From Alphaproteobacteria bacterium (GTDB taxonomy: Bacteria > Pseudomonadota > Alphaproteobacteria > UBA828), in assembly GCA_963667785.2 (NCBI GenBank), contig CAXXMU010000005.1, forward strand, positions 128,001 through 192,000: a stretch of DNA of 64,000 nt, written 5' to 3'. Positions 51,810 through 61,343 of the stretch are shown here, piece by piece; the first letter of the stretch is position 1, and each line of letters opens with the position of its first letter. Position numbers and translations under genes: made by a program. Below the pieces are notes generated by a model. It had not been told where the DNA came from. It saw only the letters and a program-made list of their open reading frames with translations, and ran no database searches.

Positions 51810-52635
51810 GAGCGGCGTAGCGGTCGCAGAGCGGCAGCACCGTCTCCCGCCCCTCCGAGGGGAGCATCAGCAGCGCGCGGTCGACCCCGGCCGCCCGGCA
51901 GGCGTCGAGATAGGGCGCCTCGGGCGGTGCGCCGAAGACCGTGGCGGAGACCGTGGCCGGGTCACGCCCGGCCTCGGCGGCGGCGGCGCGGAGCCGGGCC
52001 ATGCCGTCCGCCGGATCCGGCAGCAGCGCGCCGCGCGGCAGCCAGCCCGAGCAGAACGCCATGATCCGGCGCATGGTGTGCACGCTCTCACCCCCCAGCA
52101 GCACCGGCGGGTGCGGCCTCTGCACCGGCTTGGGCCATGACCAGATGGGCTCGAACGAGGTGAACGCGCCCTCGTAGGCGGCCTCGTCGGCCGCCCAGAT
52201 CGCCTGCATGGCCTTGACTCGGTCCTCCAGGACGCGGAAGCGGGCCTCGAAGCGCGTGCCGTGATGCTCCATCTCCTCGGCGTTCCAGCCGGCGCCGATG
52301 CCGAACTCGAAGCGCCCGCCGGAGACCAGATCGAGGCTGGCGACGGCCTTGGCCGTGACGATGGGATCGCGCTCGGTGACGAGACAGATGCCGGTGCCGA
52401 GCCTGAGTGTCCTGGTTGCCGTCGCCGCCGCCGTGAGCGCCACGAAGGGGTCGAGGGTGTGGGAGTATTCCGGCGGCAGCTCCCCGCCGCCCCGCCAGGG
52501 CGAGCGGCGGCTTGTGGGGATGTGGGTGTGCTCGGGCACGAAGAGGGCGTCGAAGCCGCGCTCCTCGAGCGCGGGCGCGAGCTCGGTGAGCGCGATCGAA
52601 TAGTCGGTGGCGAAGATGACGGCGCCGATCTTCAT
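51799..52635 (-). CDS. LLM class (F420-dependent-type) oxidoreductase
   Basis: VPEHTHIP, LDPFVAL, LGTGI, GIGAGWNAEEM, PKPVQRPHPP. Confidence 0.88.
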   Translation of the reverse strand: MKIGAVIFATDYSIALTELAPALEERGFDALFVPEHTHIPTSRRSPWRGGGELPPEYSHTLDPFVALTAAATATRTLRLGTGICLVTERDPIVTAKAVASLDLVSGGRFEFGIGAGWNAEEMEHHGTRFEARFRVLEDRVKAMQAIWAADEAAYEGAFTSFEPIWSWPKPVQRPHPPVLLGGESVHTMRRIMAFCSGWLPRGALLPDPADGMARLRAAAAEAGRDPATVSATVFGAPPEAPYLDACRAAGVDRALLMLPSEGRETVLPLCDRYAALIG

Positions 52636-52772
52636 GTGTTTGGGCTCCGGATGCTGCGCGGGAACGGTGCCCGGGCGGGCCGGCGCACGCTCTCACGCAG
52701 CGCCCGCCTTGACAAGGCGCGCCTGCCTGCGGAGCCTTTCGGCCGCCCCTCCACCCATACCCAGGGATCGCC

Positions 52773-53624
52773 ATGACAGAGGACACCCCCGCAGCCGGCG
52801 CCGCGCCCTGGCAGAGCCCGACCCTCAGCCTGGAGGGCCGCGTCGCGATCGTCGCCGGCGCCGGCCAGACGCCGGGACCCGTGGTCGGCAACGGCCGGGC
52901 CACGGCGCTGCTCTTCGCCCGCGCCGGCGCGCACGTGATCGCGCTCGACCGCGACCGTGCCTCGGCCGAGGAGACCGCGGCCATGATCGAGGCCGACGGC
53001 GGCGGCGCCGAGGCCCTGGTCGCCGACGTGACCGAAGAGCAGGCCCTGATCGCCGCTGTCCGCTCCGTCGTCGATCGCCACGGGCGGATCGACGTGCTGC
53101 AGAACAACGTGGGCGTCGCCTACACGGGCGGGGATTCGCCGCTTGCGGACCTCGACGAGGCGAGCTTCGACCGGGTGATGGCGATCAACCTGCGCGGCAC
53201 GGTGATGGCCTGCAAGCACGTCGTGCCGATCATGCGCGCCCAGGGCCGGGGCGTGATCACCAACATCTCTTCCATCGCCGCGGTGGTCGACTACAAGTCG
53301 GTGACCTACAAGACGAGCAAGGCAGGCATGATCGCCTTCTCCCGCCAGCTCGCGCTCGACTGCGCGGCCGACGGCGTGCGCGTGAACGCCATCCTGCCGG
53401 GCTACATGGATACGCCCATGGCGGTCGATACCCAGGCGCGGCGCTACGGCAAGCCGCGCGAGGAGATCGCCGCCACGCGCGATACCTGGACCCCGCTCCG
53501 GGGTGGCATGGGCAGCGCCTGGGACGTGGCCCAGGCCTCGCTCTTCCTCGCCTCCGACGCCGCCCGCTTCATCACCGGCGTGGCGCTGCCGGTGGACGGT
53601 GGCGTGATGGCGCGGGTCGGCTGA
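52773..53624 (+). CDS. Short-chain dehydrogenase/reductase
   Basis: GNGRATA, NNVG, NISS, YKTSK (YxxxK), PVDGG. Confidence 0.9.
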   Translation: MTEDTPAAGAAPWQSPTLSLEGRVAIVAGAGQTPGPVVGNGRATALLFARAGAHVIALDRDRASAEETAAMIEADGGGAEALVADVTEEQALIAAVRSVVDRHGRIDVLQNNVGVAYTGGDSPLADLDEASFDRVMAINLRGTVMACKHVVPIMRAQGRGVITNISSIAAVVDYKSVTYKTSKAGMIAFSRQLALDCAADGVRVNAILPGYMDTPMAVDTQARRYGKPREEIAATRDTWTPLRGGMGSAWDVAQASLFLASDAARFITGVALPVDGGVMARVG

Positions 53625-53654
53625 CGGCGAAGCGTCTCGCAGACGTCGGGTCGC

Positions 53655-53822
53655 CTAGAGTATGTGCGTCTTACACGGAAACGTTCCGGCCACTTTGTCG
53701 CTCACCGCAGCCGGCCGTCCCGCGATTCCGCGCACCTGCCGGCGCCTCCGCGAGGGCGCCGCATAAGCGGCGGGCCGCAGTCGCGGCCTGTCGCGTATCC
53801 GTCAAAGACGGATACGCTCTAG
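53655..53822 (-). repeat. Multi-hairpin dispersed repeat, copy 4 (inverted)
   Basis: CTAG at both ends; right end supplies the DUF1028 gene stop. Confidence 0.85.
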
Positions 53823-54553
53823 ACTTGGGCGTTGTACATGTCGAAGACCACGCCGTAGACGTCGAAGGTCCGCGACGGGTCGAACGACATGGTGTGCAGC
53901 ACCTTGTCCATGTTCTTGAGCTGCGTCACGAGCCGGCGGAGCTTCGGCACCGGATCGACGTCGAAGTCCACCCGCACGTCGACCGCAGGCCACGGCTGCC
54001 TGCCGTTGAACACCAGCATCATGGCCCAGGCTTCCGGCACCTTGCCGATATCGGGCTGGCCCTGCCCGCCGGCCGCCTTGCCCGCCTCGATGGCGCGCAG
54101 CAGGCGCTCGTCCATGGCCTCGCCGCGGTTCTCCTCCAGCGCCTTCGCCATCGCCTTCACCGGCTCCGGGCCGTCCATGTAGTTGCCCATGGCGATCGAG
54201 CCCTCGCCCACGATGTGGCTCGCGTGGTTCCAGGCGTTGTCGTTGGTCCGGATCCAGGTCTCGCCGGTGGCGGTGACGGCGCCGATCTGCCGCCAGCTCC
54301 AGTGCTCGTCGTGCTTCTCCATCTCGGCCTCGATGTCGTCCCAGCCGACGCCCGCATCGCGCAGATCGCAGAGCCGGTGGCCGTTCTGGGGATGGACGGT
54401 CGCCATCGGGGCGACGATGATCCCCCGCTCCGTCAGCTCGGGCGTGAGGTGCCGGTGGACCGGAAAGGTCCGGCCGAAGTTGATGGTGATCGTGGTGGAC
54501 GCGATGCCGATCTCGCCCGTGTGCGGATTGCTGGCAAGCACCGTGTAGGTCAT
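53819..54553 (-). CDS. DUF1028 family (Ntn-hydrolase-like) protein
   Basis: MTYTVLA..P.TGEIGIA, WRQIGAV, MGN, AGG, DVRVD. Confidence 0.75.
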   Translation of the reverse strand: MTYTVLASNPHTGEIGIASTTITINFGRTFPVHRHLTPELTERGIIVAPMATVHPQNGHRLCDLRDAGVGWDDIEAEMEKHDEHWSWRQIGAVTATGETWIRTNDNAWNHASHIVGEGSIAMGNYMDGPEPVKAMAKALEENRGEAMDERLLRAIEAGKAAGGQGQPDIGKVPEAWAMMLVFNGRQPWPAVDVRVDFDVDPVPKLRRLVTQLKNMDKVLHTMSFDPSRTFDVYGVVFDMYNAQV

Positions 54554-54654
54554 GGCGGTCTCCCTCCTCGTGCGGCGGCGCGATCCTGCCGCATCGCCCG
54601 AGGGGTGTCGAGACGGGGCCGGGCGCCAGCCCGTCTCGCCGCCTGCAAGTGCGC

Positions 54655-55329
54655 TCAGTCGTTCCAGATGGGATCGTCGAGGGTAGCGACGAAAGCGGCG
54701 TGCGCCGCCGCTTCGGCCTCGCTCGGTGCGTGCGGCCGGGGCGTGCGCGTGCGCGCCGCGCGGGGCGCGGGCGCGGCACCTTGCGGCGCTGCAGCCTGCT
54801 GCAGGCCGAGCCCCGGCTGACGGCCGCCGGTGAGCTCGAGATAGACCTCGGTGAGGAGCTCCGCATCGAGCAGCGCGCCATGCTTCTCGCGCGCCGAGCG
54901 GTCGACCCCGAAGCGCTTGCAGAGCGCGTCCAGGCTCGCCGGCGCGCCGGGATACTTGCGGCGCGCGAGCGCCAGCGTGTCCACCGTCCGCGACGCCGGG
55001 ATGGGAGGCCTCGCGATCCGCTCCAGCTCGGCGTTGAGGAAGCCGAGATCGAAGCTCGCATTGTGCATGACGAGCTTCGCGTCGCCGATGAAGGCGAGCA
55101 CGGCATCCACCTCGTCTGCGAAGCGCTTGTGGCCCGCGAGGAAGGCGCGGGTCAGCCCGTGCACCCGCTCGGCGTCCTCCGGCATATCGCGCTCGGGGTC
55201 GAGATAGCGCTGGAAGCGCCTGCCGGAGGGGATGTGGTTGACCAACTCGACGGCGCCGATCTCGACGATCCTGTGACCCGCCGCCGGCTCGAGGCCGGTG
55301 GTCTCGGTATCGAGCACGACCTCACGCAT
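54655..55329 (-). CDS. dnaQ: DNA polymerase III epsilon
   Basis: MREVVLDTETTG, HNASFD, HGALLDAELL..VY.EL.GGRQ. Confidence 0.95.
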   Translation of the reverse strand: MREVVLDTETTGLEPAAGHRIVEIGAVELVNHIPSGRRFQRYLDPERDMPEDAERVHGLTRAFLAGHKRFADEVDAVLAFIGDAKLVMHNASFDLGFLNAELERIARPPIPASRTVDTLALARRKYPGAPASLDALCKRFGVDRSAREKHGALLDAELLTEVYLELTGGRQPGLGLQQAAAPQGAAPAPRAARTRTPRPHAPSEAEAAAHAAFVATLDDPIWND

Positions 55330-55993
55330 GGCGACCCCCTCCGGCCTTCGGCACGAGCGCGCCGGCCCAGCAGCCCGGCCAGCGGGTGCCGGTCGCCGCG
55401 GAGAGACGGGCGGCGACGCGGCGCGCTGCGAGCCTGGATACGCGCCGGTCGAGCCCGGTGCGGATGACGAAGTCGGCGCGCCGGCGCTTCTCCGCGTCCG
55501 CCATCTGGCGGGCGAGGATCGCGGCCAGCCGCTCCTCGGACATGCGCGCCCGGCCGAGCACCCGCGCGCGCTGCACGAAGGCGGGCGCCGACACCACGAG
55601 CGTCGCGTCGCAGCGCGTCTCGCCGCCGGTTTCGAAGAGCAGCGGCACGTCGAGCACCGCGAGCCGGCAGCCCCGGCGCTGGCTGGCCGCAAGGAAGTGC
55701 CGCTCGCCGGCGCGCACGAGCGGGTGCAGGATCGCTTCCAGCCGGGCCAGTGCCGCCGGATCGCCGAAGACGCGGGCGCCGAGGGCCGCACGGTCGATGC
55801 CCGACGCAGGGTCCCCGGCGCGGGCCGCATCGGGAAAGAGCGCGAGAACCGGCGCCACCGCGGCGCCGCCGGCCGCGAGCAGCCGGTGAACCGCCGCATC
55901 GGCGTCCCAGACCGCCGCGCCGCAGGACCGCAGCGCGTTGGCGACGGTCGTCTTGCCCATGCCGATCGAGCCGGTGAGGCCGAGGACGACCAC
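55322..55993 (-). CDS. coaE: Dephospho-CoA kinase
   Basis: LGLTGSIGMGKT, DADAAVH, LEAILHP, DVPLLFE. Confidence 0.93.
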   Translation of the reverse strand: MVVLGLTGSIGMGKTTVANALRSCGAAVWDADAAVHRLLAAGGAAVAPVLALFPDAARAGDPASGIDRAALGARVFGDPAALARLEAILHPLVRAGERHFLAASQRRGCRLAVLDVPLLFETGGETRCDATLVVSAPAFVQRARVLGRARMSEERLAAILARQMADAEKRRRADFVIRTGLDRRVSRLAARRVAARLSAATGTRWPGCWAGALVPKAGGGRHA

Positions 55994-56004
55994 GGCGCGG
56001 GCCC

Positions 56005-56844
56005 TCAGAGCCCGGCGGCGGCAAAGGAGCGGAGCGCCGCCGAAGCATCCGCGTCCGCGCCGAACCAGGCTGCGAAGCCGGGCCGGGCCTGGTGGATCAG
56101 CATGCCGAGCCCGTCCACCGCCCCGTTGCCCCGGGCCCGCGCCGCCCGCAGCAGCGCGGTCTCGAGCGGCGCATAAACGAGATCGTAGACCGTGGCGTCC
56201 GCCGGCAGCCGGTCGAGGTCGAGGTCGAGCCGCGCCTTGCCCGTCTGGCCGAGGGTCGTGGTGTTGACCAGGAGGCCGCAGCCCGCGAGCGCGGCCTCGC
56301 GCTCCTGCCAGGGCAGCGGGCGGACGCTCCCGCCGGCCGCCGCGGCGAGCGCGGCTGCGCGCTCGGGCGAGCGGTTGACCACGCGAATCTCGGCCACCCC
56401 CGCGGCGGCGAGCGCATCCACCACGGCCCGCGCCGCGCCGCCCGCCCCCAGCACGCAGGCCGGCGCCAGCGGCTCCCATGCCGGCGCCTCCCGGCGCAGA
56501 TGGCTGATGAAGCCGAAGCCGTCGGTGTTGTCGCCGTGCAGCGCCCCGTCGGCGCCGACCGTCACCGTGTTGACCGCGCCGATACGGCGCGCGGTCTCGG
56601 ACAGCGTCGTCATGCAGGCGAGCGCGGCCTCCTTGTGCGGCGCGGTGAGGTTGCAGCCGCGAAAGCCCAGTGCCGGCAGCGCGGCAAGCGCGGCGGAGAG
56701 ATGCGCGGGTCGGACCGCCAGCGGCAGGTAGGCGCCGTCGATCCCCTTCTCCTCGAGCCAGTAGCCGTGGATGCGCGGCGAGCGCGAGTGCGCCACCGGC
56801 CAGCCCATGACGCCCGCGAGCCGCGCCGCGCCCGTGAGGATCAT
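56005..56844 (-). CDS. aroE: Shikimate dehydrogenase
   Basis: GWPVAHSRSP, NLTAPHK, GAVNT, NTDG, GAGGAAR, DGLGML. Confidence 0.95.
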   Translation of the reverse strand: MILTGAARLAGVMGWPVAHSRSPRIHGYWLEEKGIDGAYLPLAVRPAHLSAALAALPALGFRGCNLTAPHKEAALACMTTLSETARRIGAVNTVTVGADGALHGDNTDGFGFISHLRREAPAWEPLAPACVLGAGGAARAVVDALAAAGVAEIRVVNRSPERAAALAAAAGGSVRPLPWQEREAALAGCGLLVNTTTLGQTGKARLDLDLDRLPADATVYDLVYAPLETALLRAARARGNGAVDGLGMLIHQARPGFAAWFGADADASAALRSFAAAGL

Positions 56845-57482
56845 GTCTCCACCAGCCCGTGCTCGCGGAGGAAGGCGAGGAGCGGCAGGAGCGGCAGGCC
56901 CAGCACCGCGAACCAGTCGCCCCTGATCTCGGCGAGCAACTGCCCGCCCAGCGCTTCCGCCTCGTAGCTGCCGACGCAGCCGAGGATGCCCTCGCCCGCC
57001 TGCTCGAGATAGCGCTCGATGAAGGCGTCAGAGAAGGGTCGCATCGCGATCTCGGGGCACGCCAGATGGCTCCAGAGCTCGGCCTCGTCCCGGACCACGG
57101 ACACCGCCGTGACCAGCGTGTGACGGCGGCCCCTGAGCCGCCGGAGCTGCGAGCGCGCGTCCTCGCGGTCCACCGGCTTGTCGAACCACTCAGTCCCGCA
57201 GACGAGGAGCTGGTCGGCGCCGATGACATAGGCGCCGGGCTCGCGCACGCTGACCCGGCGGGCCTTGAGGGCGGCAAGCGCCTGCGCGGTCTCCCTGCCC
57301 TGGGGGTCGCCTGTGCGCATGGCGCTCTTGACCGCGCCCTCGTCTACCATGGCCGGCTGGATGGCGAAGGAGACGCCTGCCGCCCGCAGCATCGCGGCCC
57401 GCGACGCCGCCGCGGATGCGAGCACCAGCCGCGCGGCGCCGGTCTCGCCGCGAGCGGCGGTACCGAAATCGGCCGTCGCCAT
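56841..57482 (-). CDS. maf: Maf family nucleotide pyrophosphatase
   Basis: LVLAS, VDE, KA, IGADQ, KP, LGLPL; conserved position next to ppsR. Confidence 0.9.
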   Translation of the reverse strand: MATADFGTAARGETGAARLVLASAAASRAAMLRAAGVSFAIQPAMVDEGAVKSAMRTGDPQGRETAQALAALKARRVSVREPGAYVIGADQLLVCGTEWFDKPVDREDARSQLRRLRGRRHTLVTAVSVVRDEAELWSHLACPEIAMRPFSDAFIERYLEQAGEGILGCVGSYEAEALGGQLLAEIRGDWFAVLGLPLLPLLAFLREHGLVET

Positions 57483-57555
57483 GGCCCCGCCGCCCCTTTC
57501 CTGCTCGTTCGCGCCGCGCCGCAGCATATACCCTTCCACCGCAGCGCCAACCGGC

Positions 57556-58371
57556 TCAGCCGGGCAGCGCGCGCCGGTCGTGAAGCTGGAGGATCGCGGC
57601 GGCGGTCTCCTCGATCGAGCGATGGCTCACGTCGATCACCGGCCAGCCGGCCTCGGCGAAGAGCCGTCGCGCCTGCCGCACCTCCTCCTCGACCTGGGCC
57701 GGATCGACGTAGCCGGTCTCGCCGACCGCGCCGATCATGCGCATGCGGTTGCGGCGGACATCGAGGAGCTGGTCCGGGTGGCAGGTGAGGCCGACCACCA
57801 GCGCGTCCTTCAGGGTCTTCAACTCCGGCGGCAGGGGACAGCCGGGAACCACCGGCACGTTCGCCGCCTTGAGGCCGCGGTTGGCGAGGTAGAAGCAGGT
57901 CGGCGTCTTCGATGTCCGCGACACGCCCACCAGCACGATATCCGCGTCGCGCAGCGTCGCGCTCGAGCGGCCGTCATCGTGGCCCAGCGCATAGTTCATG
58001 GCGTCGATGCGCTCGACATAGGCGGCATCCATGACGTGCTGGCGGCCGGGCTGGTTGCGGCTCTCGATGCCGAGGAACCCGCTCAAGGCCGCAATCGCCG
58101 TGTCGAGCAGCGGGATGCAGGGGACGTCGATGCGCCGGCATTCCTCGTGCAGGAGCTCTCTCAGCGCCGGGTCCACCAGCGTGAACATCACCACGCCGGG
58201 CTCGGCCTCGACATTGACGAGGACGCGGCGGAGCTGGCTCTCCGTGCGCACCAGCGACCACAGGTGCTCGACCGATTCCACGCCCTGGAACTGCGCCGCC
58301 GCCGCCCGCGCGATCGTGATGCAGGTCTCGCCGGTGGCGTCCGAGACCAGGTGCAGGTGGAAGCTCTGCAT
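57556..58371 (-). CDS. ppsR: Pyruvate,phosphate/water dikinase regulatory protein (DUF299)
   Basis: HLVSDATGET, HDDG, GVSRTSKTP, SIEETAA. Confidence 0.92.
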   Translation of the reverse strand: MQSFHLHLVSDATGETCITIARAAAAQFQGVESVEHLWSLVRTESQLRRVLVNVEAEPGVVMFTLVDPALRELLHEECRRIDVPCIPLLDTAIAALSGFLGIESRNQPGRQHVMDAAYVERIDAMNYALGHDDGRSSATLRDADIVLVGVSRTSKTPTCFYLANRGLKAANVPVVPGCPLPPELKTLKDALVVGLTCHPDQLLDVRRNRMRMIGAVGETGYVDPAQVEEEVRQARRLFAEAGWPVIDVSHRSIEETAAAILQLHDRRALPG

Positions 58372-58785
58372 GGCTCCGTCCCCGTTCGCGCTCCGTCGCC
58401 GCGCGAGCGCGATTCCTCAACGCTCCGCTGTGGACAAGAGGCCAGCGACGCGGCCTCTCCCGCCGCCTCTCAGCTTATCCCCAGCCTCTCCGGCCATCCA
58501 TGTCACGGAACTCTCATATCGTGGATAGCGGCGCTGCCTTGGCCGCCCCGGATCGCTCTCCCCCTATTCCACGCTTGCCGGGAGGGCGGCCGGCCGGGAG
58601 CGTGCGTGCGTCCTCACAGATATTCCCCGCCCGGCCCCCCGTGCGCCCAGCGCAGGCGCTCGTTCAGCAGAGGTCAGAGAACAACGCGACAATCCCGCCC
58701 TCTCCGCCGCCTACATCAGCAACCACCCTTATCAATAGATATTTAATGAAGCTAGTCTGGCCGTTCCGGGGACAAGAGCCAGCAC
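58372..58785. other. Probable chromosomal replication origin (oriC)
   Basis: Non-coding gap between divergent DUF299 and hemE (Caulobacter Cori-type synteny); DnaA-box-like tgtggacaa 58429, ttatcccca 58475, cgtggatag 58520; AT-rich ttatcaatagatatttaatgaa near 58729-58750. Confidence 0.8.
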
Positions 58786-59844
58786 GTGAGCAAGAACCAA
58801 GACGCGAAGCCCCTCCTGGCGGCGCTGCGGGGGGAGAGGCAGCAACCGCCCCCGCTCTGGCTCATGCGCCAGGCCGGGCGCTACCTGCCGGAATACCGTG
58901 CGCTGCGGGCCAGGGCCGGCTCCTTCCTCGATCTCTGCTACGACCCGGCGCTGGCGGCGGAGGCGAGCCTGCAGCCGCTGCGGCGCTTCGCCCTGGACGG
59001 GGTGATCCTCTTCTCGGACATACTGGTGGTGGCGGATGCCCTCGGCCAGAAGGTATGGTTTCAGGAGGGCGAAGGGCCCAGGCTCGAGCCCATTACTGAG
59101 GGCGATACGCTGCCGGTCTTCGACGAGGAGCGTCAGCGGCGGCATCTCGCACCGGTCTACGAGGCGATGGAGCGGGTGGTGGAAGCGGCGCCCGCCGGGG
59201 CTGCGGTGCTGGGCTTCGCCGGCGCGCCCTGGACTCTCGCCACCTACATGGTGGGCGGCGGCAGGGGCCGGGACTTCACGGCGGTGAAGAGCTGGGCCTA
59301 TCGCGAGCCGGAGAGCTTCGCGCAGCTGATCGAGACCGTGCGCGAGGCGGTGGCGGCGCATCTGATCGCGCAGCTCGATGCCGGCGCCGATCTCGTCCAG
59401 GTCTTCGATAGCTGGGCCGGTGTCCTGTCGGAAGCCGAGCTCGATCGCTGGTGCATCGAGCCCGCGCGGCGGCTCGTGAGCGACGTGAAGGCGGCCCGCC
59501 CGGGGGCGACGGTGATCCTCTATCCGCGCGGTGCCGGCGTGCTCTGCGAGCGCTTCGCCAGGGAGACCGGGGCGGACGCGATCTCGGTAGACAGCACGGT
59601 GCCGCCTGTCTGGGCTGCGGCGCACCTGCAGCCGCACTGCGTGGTCCAGGGCAACCTTGACCCGGTGGCATTGCTGGCGGGCGGCGACGCGCTCGAGCGC
59701 GCTGTCCGCACGATCCTGGAGACGCTCGCACAGGGGCCCTTCGTCTTCAATCTCGGCGAAGGCGTGCTGCCGGGCACGCCGCCCGAAAACGTCGCGACGC
59801 TTTGCGACCTGGTGCGTCGCCACGGCGGGAGGGACGGCGGGTGA
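58786..59844 (+). CDS. hemE: Uroporphyrinogen decarboxylase
   Basis: WLMRQAGRYLPEYR, ILFSDIL, GFAGAPWT, QGNLDP. Confidence 0.96.
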   Translation: MSKNQDAKPLLAALRGERQQPPPLWLMRQAGRYLPEYRALRARAGSFLDLCYDPALAAEASLQPLRRFALDGVILFSDILVVADALGQKVWFQEGEGPRLEPITEGDTLPVFDEERQRRHLAPVYEAMERVVEAAPAGAAVLGFAGAPWTLATYMVGGGRGRDFTAVKSWAYREPESFAQLIETVREAVAAHLIAQLDAGADLVQVFDSWAGVLSEAELDRWCIEPARRLVSDVKAARPGATVILYPRGAGVLCERFARETGADAISVDSTVPPVWAAAHLQPHCVVQGNLDPVALLAGGDALERAVRTILETLAQGPFVFNLGEGVLPGTPPENVATLCDLVRRHGGRDGG

Positions 59845-60881
59845 GCCGGGTGGCGGTGGTGCTCTTCAACCTGGGCGGGCCGGATTCGCTCGATGCCGTC
59901 GAGCCTTTCCTGCGCAACCTGTTTCGCGATCCGGCCATCATCCGGGCGCCTGCGCCGGTGCGGAACGTGCTGGCACGCCTGATCGCGCGCCGGCGCGGCC
60001 CGGAGGCGCGCACCATCTACCGTGCGCTCGGCGGGCGCTCGCCGCTGCTGGCCGAGACCGAGGCGCAGGCGGCGGCCCTGAAGGCGGCGCTCGCCGGCCC
60101 CGGCGCGGTCGAGGTGGTCGTCGCCATGCGCCACTGGCATCCGCTGAGCGAGGCGGCAGCGCGCCGGGTCGCAGCCTTCCGGCCCGACCGTATCGTGCTG
60201 CTGCCGCTCTACCCCCAGTTCTCCACCACGACCACGGCATCCTTCCTCGACGCCTGGCGACGGGCGGCTGCCGCCGCCGGCATCGCCGCGCCGACCCGCG
60301 CCGTCTGCTGCTATCCCGCCGCAGACGGGCTGGCAGAGGCCCACGCGGCGCTGATCGCGCCCCTGCTGGACGCCGCGGCCGCGACGGGCAGTCCCCGGCT
60401 GCTCTTCTCCGCCCACGGCCTGCCCAAGAGCGTGGTCGCCCGGGGCGATCCCTACCAGTGGCAGGTGGAGGAGACCGCGCGGCGGATCGTCGCCCGGCTG
60501 GGCCGCGAGGGGCTGGACTGGGCGGTCTGCTACCAGAGCAAGGTGGGGCCGCTGGCGTGGCTGGAGCCCTCGACCGCGGACGAGCTCGAGCGCGCCGGCC
60601 GGTCGCGCGTGCCGGTCGTGGTCGTGCCGGTCGCGTTCGTCTCCGAGCACAGCGAGACCCTGGTGGAGCTCGACATCGACTACCGGGAGCGCGCGGAAGC
60701 CGCCGGCGTGCCCGCCTACCACCGGGTGCCGGCGCTCGGCACCCAGCCTGCGTTCATCGCGGCGCTGGCGAGCCTCGTGCGGGGCGCGCTAGGCGGCGCG
60801 GACGAGAACGGCGTGGACTCGGGCGCAGGCGGGAGGCTCTGCCCCGCTGCCCACCGCTGCTGCCCGCTGGCGGCGCACTGA
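59841..60881 (+). CDS. hemH: Ferrochelatase
   Basis: LFNLGGP, LPLYPQFS, FSAHGLP, YQSKVGP, FVSEHSETLVELD. Confidence 0.96.
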   Translation: MSRVAVVLFNLGGPDSLDAVEPFLRNLFRDPAIIRAPAPVRNVLARLIARRRGPEARTIYRALGGRSPLLAETEAQAAALKAALAGPGAVEVVVAMRHWHPLSEAAARRVAAFRPDRIVLLPLYPQFSTTTTASFLDAWRRAAAAAGIAAPTRAVCCYPAADGLAEAHAALIAPLLDAAAATGSPRLLFSAHGLPKSVVARGDPYQWQVEETARRIVARLGREGLDWAVCYQSKVGPLAWLEPSTADELERAGRSRVPVVVVPVAFVSEHSETLVELDIDYRERAEAAGVPAYHRVPALGTQPAFIAALASLVRGALGGADENGVDSGAGGRLCPAAHRCCPLAAH

Positions 60882-61324
60882 TGGCAGACGATCTTTACGC
60901 CTGGCTCCGTGCGCTCCACGTGATCGCGGTGATCGCCTGGATGGCGGGCATGCTCTACCTGCCCCGGCTTTACGTCTACCACGCGAACGCCGAGCCCGGC
61001 TCGGAGCTTGCCGAGACGCTGAAGGTGATGGAGCGGCGCCTGCTCCGGCTGATCGTCAATCCGGCGATGGTGGCGAGCGTCGGCCTCGGCGGCGCGCTGC
61101 TGGCGCAGCCCGGCGCGATCGACTGGTCGAGCGACATCTGGATCTACCCCAAGCTCGCGCTCGCGCTGCTGCTCACCGGCTTTCACGGGCTGCTCGCGCG
61201 CTGGCGCCGCGACTTCGCCGCCGATCGCAACCGCCGCAGCGCGCGCTTCTACCGAAGGGTGAACGAGGTGCCGACGGTGGCCATGATCGTTATTGTCATC
61301 ATGGTCATCGTCAGGCCGTTCTGA
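60881..61324 (+). CDS. hemJ: Protoporphyrinogen oxidase HemJ
   Basis: LHVIAVIAWMAGMLYLPRLYVYH, MERRL, NEVP, VRPF. Confidence 0.95.
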   Translation: MADDLYAWLRALHVIAVIAWMAGMLYLPRLYVYHANAEPGSELAETLKVMERRLLRLIVNPAMVASVGLGGALLAQPGAIDWSSDIWIYPKLALALLLTGFHGLLARWRRDFAADRNRRSARFYRRVNEVPTVAMIVIVIMVIVRPF

Positions 61325-61343
61325 TCGGCCGGGAGCGCAAGCG

